Positions 1 to 8,582 of a stretch of 64,000 nt of DNA are shown one piece after another. Made by a program: the position numbers and the translations under genes. Source of the DNA: Balanoglossus misakiensis (taxonomy: Eukaryota; Animalia; Hemichordata); contig CM082593.2 in assembly GCA_040954595.2 (NCBI GenBank), forward strand, positions 10,355,844-10,419,843, given 5' to 3'. Under the pieces are notes generated by a model, which saw only the letters and a list, made by a program, of their open reading frames with translations, made no database searches and was not told the origin of the DNA. Position 1 is the first letter of the stretch, and the number at the start of each line of letters is the position of its first letter.

Positions 1-415
1 GCCAGTCACTGTGTGTATATTGTGATTCATGAAGTACATGTAGTGCTACATATTTTTGTGGAGATGAGACACACACACACATAGCAACCGATAGACAGAC
101 TGCTTGATAATATGCTCTGACTGATCCCTAAAGCTGAAACTTGTATGTGTTTGTACATACAACACAAAGGAACTAAAAATAGGGCATTCACATAGGGACC
201 ATTGAAAGTTTTCTGAAACATCTCAACTCAAACATTGACATAAAAAATACTTTGTGAACAATTAAAGTCTTCCTGGAACGTTTCAGATTTGAGACGGTTT
301 TGCCAGCCAGACCTGATCCGGTGTAATGATTAACACCTCTTCGCAACCCATTGTCTATGGGGCCGAGCCTCGCAGTGCCTATACATAAACTTTGTGTGTG
401 TGGACACAAACGACT

Positions 416-485
416 CAAAGGATTAATGCTCTGTGTTTACCATAGGCAAATAGTGTCTCAAATTTTTCCCTGCCTGAACCTGGTA
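416..485 (+). repeat. Dispersed repeat fragment, inverted partner of 4313-4382
   Basis: attaatgctctgtgtttaccataggcaaatagtgtctcaaatttttccctgcctgaacctggta (422-485) matches the reverse complement of 4313-4376 with 6 mismatches in 64 bp by eye. Confidence 0.8.
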
Positions 486-600
486 TCTGAAATGTTTCTC
501 ATTTTACCCAGTGTAAACATGGTGAAAGACAAAATGTCCTATACCTGTATAACATAGATCATAAATTTATAATACCAGGGTTTACTTGGTCTGATTGAAG

Positions 601-1030
601 CTCTGTAATTGGTTGAAGCAAGGGTTTTTATTACATATGTACCGTCGATTACTTGCACCGAGCGCGCGCGTAACATCGGTATTTGCACTCAGTGCAATAC
701 CAAAAACATTATGCTATACCTGTATGCAAATGAGTGGCCTGTTCACGAAACAAGCAATATCATTCCGCGGTCTCATTTCTTTCATTTTCGGTCTTTTTTT
801 CAAAATGGGATGAACATATGTAATAAAAACAGAACCCCATGGCTCAATCGTGCAAGCACGGCGTACCGGTAGTATTTGCACTCGTGCTGGCGGTGTATTC
901 TTGCTGCCCCCGCACGAGCGACAGCGAGTGCGGGGGACGGGCGCAAGAATACACCGCCAGACACTCGATGCAAATACTACCGTTACGCCGTGCTTGCACG
1001 ATCGAGCCATGGGGTTCTGTCATAACATTC
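601..1030. mobile_element. Non-autonomous palindromic (fold-back) element; architecture resembles Crypton-derived non-autonomous repeats
   Basis: Perfect 17-bp inverted repeat gtttttattacatatgt (624-640) / acatatgtaataaaaac (814-830), followed directly by a ~192-bp GC-rich imperfect palindrome at 829-1020 (acagaaccccatggctc...gagccatggggttctgt). The family assignment is from remembered resemblance only. Confidence 0.6.
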
Positions 1031-1729
1031 TCTACTAGAAGACCTGAACAGTAAATAACTGAAATAAAATACACAAAAGAGAATGCATCTGAATAGAACA
1101 CAATTTATTAACTTGGATTGGTCATGGGCATCAGGGCGCTCTACTTAAGAAATTCTAGAACATGTTTGTACAAGTGGCATTTTCATGAGCAGTGAGCAAC
1201 GAGGCCTTTCTGGCATGTAATACTTAAAATCCAAACATCAGATTTTTTATCACACAAAATCATATTATATATAATGACATTATAAATGGTGTGCGCTTAT
1301 ATTTGGTTACGGATTTAAAACCTCTTTGAGGAAAATTTTGCAGAGAGGTCTTGTATCTACAACCAAATAACCACTATGTTCATATCATTCAGATTGCTCA
1401 GTACTATCAGCGAGTTCACCAGTGGTTTCCAGAAATCTATAGGCTAAACATATGCCATTTTCATTGTGCCTCCCCCATCTATTTCAATACAATAAATAAT
1501 GGCTGGCTTGATTTTTCACCAGGACTTTTCAACAATAGTTTTTGTTAAGATATAGACAACATTCCAGATGTGTATGAAAACTCGAGGAAAATAATAACAT
1601 TTGACCTGTCATCAGTTGTGAATTAATTAAATATTTTCATAAACTACACATTATAATCAAATTTAAACTCGTATGTAATGAATAATCGTCTCAACATAAG
1701 AGCTGCTAAGGCTAGACTCAACAGCACTA

Positions 1730-2218
1730 TCAACACGAAAGAATTACTATTTTCTTGCTGACGTATCTGGCGATTATTCTGATTTGATAGTGTGTCGTTT
1801 CTTCTTCTGGGTTGCTCATACCCTTGCTGGCTGACATTTCTTTGTCGTATGTTTGTCTCTGTGGTAGCATTGTCATTGGCATTTCTCTGGGGGTGTTTTC
1901 TGTGTTGGCAGTTGCAGGTTCTGGTGCTAGGGGAGTGTTGACATCTGCCTGGGGTCTTGCATCGGCTGGCGGTTGAACGGTGTTGTCGTTGTTCGATGCC
2001 GCATCTCTGTGTCGTGGCGGCTGTCCGGCTCCTGCAAACGCAGCGTACTGAGACACGAATGGGTTCGGGTATGACATCTGCTGGAAGTGTTGCTGGTATG
2101 CTGCGGCTGGATAGGGTGGGGGTTGTTGGTTCGCAGAAGCTACAGGCTGGGGTGTGTTTGTGCTTGTGCTTGTTGTGGCAGTATCAGCAGAGGTTGCTAT
2201 GCTTTTCTTTGTCTCTTC
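1730..2218 (-). CDS. Probable exon (possibly last coding exon) of a host gene; Pro/Ala/Thr/Gln-rich disordered peptide
   Basis: Strong minus-strand acceptor tgtgttctttttatcctccacag| at 2219-2220. The phase-0 frame EETKKSIATSADTATTSTSTNTPQPVASANQQPPPYPAAAYQQHFQQ runs into the listed ORF MSYPNPF...ILSC* (163 codons including stop). GC is higher than in the flanks. No recognisable domain. Confidence 0.55.
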   Translation of the reverse strand, partial: EETKKSIATSADTATTSTSTNTPQPVASANQQPPPYPAAAYQQHFQQMSYPNPFVSQYAAFAGAGQPPRHRDAASNNDNTVQPPADARPQADVNTPLAPEPATANTENTPREMPMTMLPQRQTYDKEMSASKGMSNPEEETTHYQIRIIARYVSKKIVILSC

Positions 2219-2258
2219 CTGTGGAGGATAAAAAGAACACAGTGTTTTTGCAAAGGTC

Positions 2259-2445
2259 GGGGAACACTGGTAATGGATTTGGGAACCCCGTTAATATTCC
2301 TATAACCTCCTAATATAACCACATTGATACACCCAGGGGAACCCCGGTAAAATGACTGGGGAACTCTGGTAGACTGCCTGACCACTGTGACATTGGCCTT
2401 GTTCTGTTGTTTGAATTCGGAGTGACTGGGGTACTCCGGTAGATT
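2259..2445 (+). repeat. Degenerate short motif cluster (GGGGAACCCCGGTA-like, about 5 copies)
   Basis: ggggaacactggta (~2259), gggaaccccgtta (~2281), ggggaaccccggta (~2336), ggggaactctggta (~2358), ggggtactccggta (~2428). Confidence 0.55.
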
Positions 2446-2519
2446 TTATCTAGGTACCGCCCTTAACAAAAACACTAGAACAGAATCACAATTTGGAAGG
2501 CATGAGAGGCAAATACCAT

Positions 2520-2918
2520 TTAAGGATGTACACGCACAACATAAACTGATAAACAGTGCATGTGTGTCTGTTCCTGAAAGGATTACATCGATAATTGCCA
2601 GAAAACAAACTTCTACTATTGTCTTTTTCACGAAATTTTACACATAGCTCAGACAAGTAAACGTAAATTCATTGGTCAAAAAAAATTATGTGGTCACCAA
2701 GCTCTATTATGAGATAAATTGCGTTAAAATCTTCGCCCATAGACAAACCATTGGTGAAAAATGCTGAGACAGCAAATTTCTTCTATTATCAACTAAATTC
2801 ATGGCTCTGTATTTTTTTTAAAAAGGGCAATGACCCCTACAATTTTTAACGGATTCTCATTATACATACACAGCATAATCCAAAAATCCACAATTAAAAG
2901 AATGACAATACTTTCAAC
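2520..2918 (+). mobile_element. Old TTAA-flanked MITE-like family X, copy A (Kolobok-like termini)
   Basis: Starts ttaaggatgtac. The body aligns in reverse complement to 12774-13135 (e.g. cttctactattgtctttttcacgaaattttacacatagctc vs gagctatgtgtaaaatttcatgaaaatgacaatagtagaag) and more weakly to 3200-3469. Confidence 0.65.
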
Positions 2919-3199
2919 GTGTATAATACCAGCATACACCTGTTTCAAGTCCAGTGTCCTAATACACCATCATCATGAATTGGAACTCAAAGCAAGGCCA
3001 ATGAGCAAACCCAGATTGACAACTCATTACACCAGCAAAGTGGTTTCTTTATGGAAGTGGTGGTACCAATAAATACTTTATTCAAGGTAAGAATTTCTTA
3101 TTGTAGCAGTATTTTCATTTCCATTCATGTTTTAAAGGCCTTTTTTGTAGATTCTGAGTTTCTATGCCAGACAAAGTATGATTATTTTTCCACTAATGC

Positions 3200-3469
3200 A
3201 GCCTGAATTAAAGTCAACATTTTTCACCATAGGTCTTTCTATGTTATTTTTCTATAGGCATGGACACATTTAAGTTTATCTCAAAACTGAGCACAGTGGT
3301 GAGCCTACAACTTATATGAATCACTCAATTTAATTTCATTTGGATGAGTTATGAGTGAAACTTCTTAAAATTACAATAGTAGAAAAGGGTTTTCTATCAA
3401 TTCTTAATGTTATCCTATGGGAAGAAACACATTCCATGAGCTCATACATGTAGTGTGTGCCATTCTTAA
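3200..3469 (-). mobile_element. MITE-like family X, diverged copy C
   Basis: tttatctcaaaa...acaatagtagaa...tcctatgggaagaaacac is colinear with 12990-13110; ends gtgtgccattcttaa. Left boundary uncertain. Confidence 0.55.
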
Positions 3470-3474
3470 CCCTT

Positions 3475-3762
3475 TCAGTATTATATGAATCAGATATAGA
3501 AGCTTGTTCAACGTCCCGTTGCGGCCAAGCCAATCAGATTGCACGTTATGTCAATCAAAACTGAAGGATACCTAAAGTTCTCTATAAGGCACCGTCTGAT
3601 TGGTTTACTAGAGTTTTCAACGGGAGCTTCTATGGGAGTTGGTCAGATGTAGTGTGAGGCGACAGTATAAGAATACCGTACTGCGAAGTAAAAGACGTCG
3701 CCGTACCTTACATCTGATTTTAATCAGATTGTATGCACACATAAGCTGGTTTAGAATACTGA
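3475..3762. repeat. Short structured element: terminal inverted repeat enclosing two hairpins
   Basis: tcagtatt (3475-3482) / aatactga (3755-3762). Hairpin 1: tagaagct..tcccgttg..ccaatcaga / tctgattgg..caacgggagcttcta (3497-3632). Hairpin 2: tcagatgta..ggcgac / gtcgcc..tacatctga (3643-3717). Confidence 0.5.
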
Positions 3763-4312
3763 TAAACCCTGATGAAACAATCTCAGTAAAATATATACAG
3801 ATGAGAATGAGAATGCAGTTAAAGTTAAATATACATTCGTTGTATCTTTTGGCTTTATTTCCAGTATTTTTGTTCTATGTAGCAAATGCGATTTCATGTT
3901 CTACTCCACACAGATTGTTACTTGTCAGCACAGAATGTATGTGTATAATGGCCATTGTCATTGTTGACAATAATTCATGGATTCTAGTCTGGACTTAAAT
4001 TCCAATTTGGCACAATAACAATGCTGACCATACACATATATGTTTCATCATGTTTCGGGAATTTGCACAAGAAACTGCTAAACAAAGATACTGAAAACAT
4101 AGGAAAAAGGTAAAGGTAATGGAGCTTTAATTACAATTCACACTGTATACAAAATCCATGTAAAAATTCAAAATACTGGATTTGTCAGCTTCAACTGATA
4201 TGGGGGTCACACAAGAAATTGCTAAAACGTCTCAGATCAAATACTGGCATAAATTATTATTGGTGAATGGTTTAAGTGGTCCTGAATCTTCTCAGATTTG
4301 AGACACGTCTCT

Positions 4313-4382
4313 TACCAGGTTCACACAGGGTAAAATTTGAGACACTATTAGTCTATGGTAAACACAGAGCGTTAATACTTTG
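4313..4382 (-). repeat. Dispersed repeat fragment, inverted partner of 416-485
   Basis: Reverse-complement match to 416-485 at about 90% identity. Confidence 0.8.
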
Positions 4383-4553
4383 GGGGGGGGGGGGTTAGCT
4401 GGGCAGACCCGCCCTCCTTTATTTTTTGCCACCCTGCTATCTTACGCGCCGCCCTGCTTTCTTTTCATTCCCGCCTTGGTAAATATTTATTGTTTCTGGT
4501 GCACGCTCCCGCATGCGGCTGGCATTTGAGAGAATGATATTTATTCAGTTTAG

Positions 4554-5636
4554 GGATGTTTTGTCGCCTTTGTACAAAACACAAGCAGAAGGCCAAGTGC
4601 GGAGGGACTTGGGTTACAACATCTCCATGTACATGTACCACCCTTCGCGAAGACAAACTCAAGCAGCATGAAGAGACGATTATCGACCGGGCGGCAATGC
4701 AGCTTGAGGCCGAGGCAGCAGTTATCGAGAACAGCAGCGGTCTTGTGGCTGCATTTGACAAGGTCATCACCTTTGAGACGCAAGCCTTCATGCATCGGCG
4801 TCCTACGATGCATGTATTTTCTCATGCACAGAGAATTGCCGCACACCACCAACTTCATCCATGTTTTGGAATTGGCAAAGTCCCTCGGGTGTTCATTCCT
4901 CAGCAGTGATGACCACAACTATAATGGTTTATTGCATTGGTAAGTAGGTCTACTGATTTTTGTGCAGATCTAAATTGTAGGCAATGTAGTAACATTTATT
5001 TAAACCTGGTTGTTTTCAAGAAAGGATCACTGTTTAAGCAATAGTGTTACACTCAATAAATAATAATTACTGTACAAATTACTGTGAATTTTGATAAGTT
5101 TAATCTGAAGAGTAATTTTCATTTATTTCATTTTTCAGGCAAAGTCATCCGTGATGAGATTTTAGAGAAGATGAAAGGAAGTAACTTCTATTCACTGTTA
5201 ATAGATGAAAACAACTGATGTGGCTGTATTGAAGCAATTAATCATCTATTCCAAGTACACCTTGAAGTCTGGGAAGTCAGTTGTGTCTTTCCTTGGAGTT
5301 AAAGAAGTAAGTGGAAAGTTTTTCAATTTTTAAGTCTACACTGAATTAAAAACATACGATTAAACATGTTTTTGAGTGACCTCATTTAATTGATTTTGCT
5401 GACTAGTTATTTCAGGTGAGACAAACATTGAGTTGTACATTGCATGTGTTAACATCAAGGTTTTATTTTCACTGTTTTAGGTTGGTGATGGCAGAGCAGA
5501 CACCATTGCACAGTCAGTGAAGGAGTTTTCTTCAGAGAATGGTATTGTCTTAAGAGATCGTCTGTCTGCTTTGGGCAGTGATGGTGCTCCTGTTATGCTA
5601 GGACAGAAAGGAGGGGTGGCTACCAAACTAAAAAAA
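4554..5636 (+). pseudogene. Spliced hAT-superfamily transposase remnant (ZNF862/ZMYM1-like), 3 exons, frameshifted and 3'-truncated
   Basis: Exons 4554-4939 (GMFCRLCTKH zinc-finger start...; after a frameshift LRCMYFLMHRELPHTTNF), 5139-5306 (KVIRDEILEKMKGSNFYSLLIDE/TTDVAVLKQLIIYSKY...SFLGVKE; one extra A just after the DE codons) and 5481-5636 (VGDGRADTI...LGSDGAPVMLGQKGGVATKLKK). Introns are canonical (gtaagt..tttcag, gtaagt..ttttag, then a gtgagt donor). DE(S/T)TD and SDGAxxMxG are the first two catalytic-Asp motifs of hAT DDE transposases. Confidence 0.88.
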
Positions 5637-6445
5637 GTGAGTGAAATTTTGAGTTGTGAAGACATTGTGATTTTGTAAGTTTTTAGTTGGTGTCTTTATA
5701 TCGTGACAATAATAATAGTAATAATTAAAGCTGCAAGCAGCATTGAAGGGGCCCAAGCATAGAGATAATAACCATTAGACTCCATTCAGGGTTGTACCAT
5801 TCAATTGCGTAGGCTGTATTTGCTCTGGATGTGGAGATATGGGAAAGTAGGCAACCACCCGAAATGGATGTCCTACAAGTACAAACACAACAACCACAAG
5901 TGAACTTTTACGTTATGTAAGGACTTCAGTTAAGTACTTCAAAGGTCAGCTGAGGGTACCCAAAAATTGGGCCAAAAATTTGGATTCCTATTTGGTTCAT
6001 ATTCAAGACAACGGAAAATTCTCGCCCTTTGGGTTTTTTAAATTAGGTATGGCCATAATAATGAGTTACGCAAGTAAGTTACAGGTGGCCCTAGGAATTT
6101 AGCATTTCATGACGGTCCTACCCTACCCCTCCAAACACGTGGCTATATATGATGTGCATGCTAACATATGGAAAGCAGGTCAATGGACACCTGAGGTCAT
6201 TCAAAAATTTGACAGAAAAATTTCATTCCTGTTTATGTCTTGTGCAACAAATCCTACATTTGCAGCCCTTTCACTTTGCCTAACATTAGGTATGCACGTA
6301 ATACATGAATCAAGCAGGTGTCAAAGGTATCCCCCTGTATTTGGCATTTCATGATAGTTTCATCCCTCCAAATACCAAAGCTGCACCTGTACAACGGGAT
6401 GAGATATGGCACTGTATGACAGAGGTCATCCAAATCACCTTATAC

Positions 6446-7900
6446 ATCAATCAATCAATCAATCAGAGAAATTTGTATAGCGCCAGTATCTATAACAAGT
6501 GTCATACTCAAAGGCGCTTGTGCTCATTGGCCCACACCATATGCTCTTGCGAAATAATGCGTCTTCAGTCTTTTCTTAAAGATACTCAAACTTGGAGCTT
6601 GACGAATGTTCCACAGTTTCGTTGCAGCATGAGAGAATGCTCGGCCACCGTATGAAGAACGTTTGTACATTGTAGTGCATAAAAGGCTCTTATTAGCTGA
6701 ACGAAGCCTGCGACCAGGAGAATATGTCCGAATGAGATCGCGGATATAGTTCGGAGCGAGATTATTTAAGGCTTTGTATGTGAGCAGATTTATTTTATAC
6801 TCTATCCTGTGGCGAACTGGTAACCAATGAAGAAGTTGAAGAACTGGCGTTATATGGGCAGACTTCCTGGACCGAGTTATGATTCTTGCAGCTGTATTTT
6901 GTGTGCGTTGTAGAAGGTTCAGACTGCGTTCTGGTATACCATACAGTAATGCATTACCATAGTCGAGTTTCGCTGCCAAAATAGCATGAATCACTGTTTG
7001 ACATGTTGCTTTGTTAAGAAATTTCCTGATTTGTCCGACACGGCGAAAGTGGTAATATATTGATTGACAAGTTTTCTTGATGTGATCTTTATACATGTGC
7101 GTATTGTCAAATATTACACCAATATTGCGAGCTGATTTAAAGGTCTAATGCCATGCCCTATACAACCACGCGTAAAATCACTATTTGGGTCTTGAAGTTA
7201 ACGTATGTTACTATCTTGCAATGCGTTTTGCCCCTTGTGCTTAGATAACAAGCAAGTAAAAGTGGCGGGTGGGCGTGTACCCCTAACGCAACTCAGTCGA
7301 GTTTTTTCGGCTTTTCGAAGTTCAGTCGAAGGCTTATCTTGATGTGGACAAATAGTCTTTCACACCTTTGTAAATCCTCTGCCTGTAATGTAAGGCAAGG
7401 GCTTCCTTTGCTTTGAACACTGTTTATATAGCTTGTCTTTGTCTGTGGACTTAATTACTCACGGACTGCTAATTACACTTTACTGTTAGCAGAATGGTAC
7501 ACTAGAACGTAGTGTACTTGTTTGTCCATATGCAAATACCTTCGCCTGGCTCGAGTGCGAAGTGGCTCCCTGATCACAGGCATGAAAAAAGGGGGCAAAT
7601 TCCGGCATTCGCGCACATTTTTCGGAACCGACACAATAGGCAATGCATAGACAGGTACCCTAGGTGAGCTTTTGACGTGGAAAAATGAAAACTTTCCAAA
7701 GCATGGCATTAGACCTTTAACGACGGGAACAGAGCTTGAACCAATGGTAATCTTGTCAATAGCATCAGCAGAGTGATGAAATTGTGAACGAATAAGTAGA
7801 ATCTCAGTTTTTGGAGTCGTTGAGTTGAAGCTTGTTTTGGGTCATCCAGTCCTTAAGATCACGGATACAGGCCTCAATGGACATTTGGGCAAAAACCAAC
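6446..7900 (-). mobile_element. 5'-truncated L2-clade LINE (ORF2 C-terminus plus 3' tail), interrupted by a MITE
   Basis: Removing the MITE and one TTAA rejoins EACIRDLKDWMTQNKLQLNDSK/TEILLI...VKSARNIGVIFDNTH to ORF 6524-7096 (LDYGNALLYG...HITPVLQLLHWLPVRHRIEYKI...GGRAFSHAA...FKKRLKTHYF), a typical L2/CR1-group C-terminus. The 3' end has the aagcgcc...ggcgctatacaaat stem and a (TTGA)n tail at 6446-6465. 5' boundary approximate. Confidence 0.92.
7141..7716 (+). mobile_element. 576-bp MITE (Kolobok-like), copy 1
   Basis: Perfect 16-bp TIR aggtctaatgccatgc / gcatggcattagacct, TTAA target duplication at 7137-7140 and 7717-7720, and clean interruption of the L2 reading frame. TTAA TSD with purine-purine termini fits Kolobok better than piggyBac. 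Confidence 0.93.
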
Positions 7901-8582
7901 TGACACTTACATTCGTCCCTGTGGAACAAAAACCACACCTATCGCCCTGTTGGTTAGTGTCTAATTAAATGTACAAAATCAATGACTTAGGCAGGTGCAA
8001 CAGACGACCCCGCCTTTGGTATATCATTATGGTCCCATCCGTATATGCCCCCCCCCCTCCCAAGCCAAAGCTGCATGCATCTGCTGTGGATGCTCACTAA
8101 GCAAAAGTAGGTGAAAGGTCACATAAGGTCGCCCACAACTTGACGGGAAAATCGGACTTCATATTGATCCATGTGCAACAAATAGCACGCCACCACCCCT
8201 TTCATTGACCCCACAATTACGCATGCACATAATTATTGAGTTATGCAGGTGTCACAGGTGACACCCGAATCGGGTGTATTATTTTAGTCCCATACAGCTG
8301 CATGTAGCTGCGTGCCGTTACGGGCGACCTGATAACCCACACGGCCACCTGCGGGCCGACCCCCATACTGAACGTCCAGTTGCAACATCACGACTGAAGT
8401 AGGAACTTTTGAACGGCAACGAAGCCTGATCTCTGATTATTGCTGGTACCATACTCCTGTCGTGCAAGAGAATCACTGGTCTGCTGACGTATTTCAGCCA
8501 ATTTCCCAAACTACTATCCACTACATGTGACTACAATGCTAATGAAACCTCCCACAACATTAGCGACTTAGGGTCAAAGTCC

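Noticed and set aside
714-1101. Mirror-image ORFs on both strands
   Set aside because: Artefact of the 829-1020 palindrome.
4381-4456. Possible hAT-type terminus (reverse complement cagggcggcgcg) beside the transposase
   Set aside because: It points away from the transposase and no partner TIR or 8-bp TSD was found.
4465-4918. Minus-strand ORFs of 108-122 aa
   Set aside because: Antisense shadows of the hAT transposase exon.
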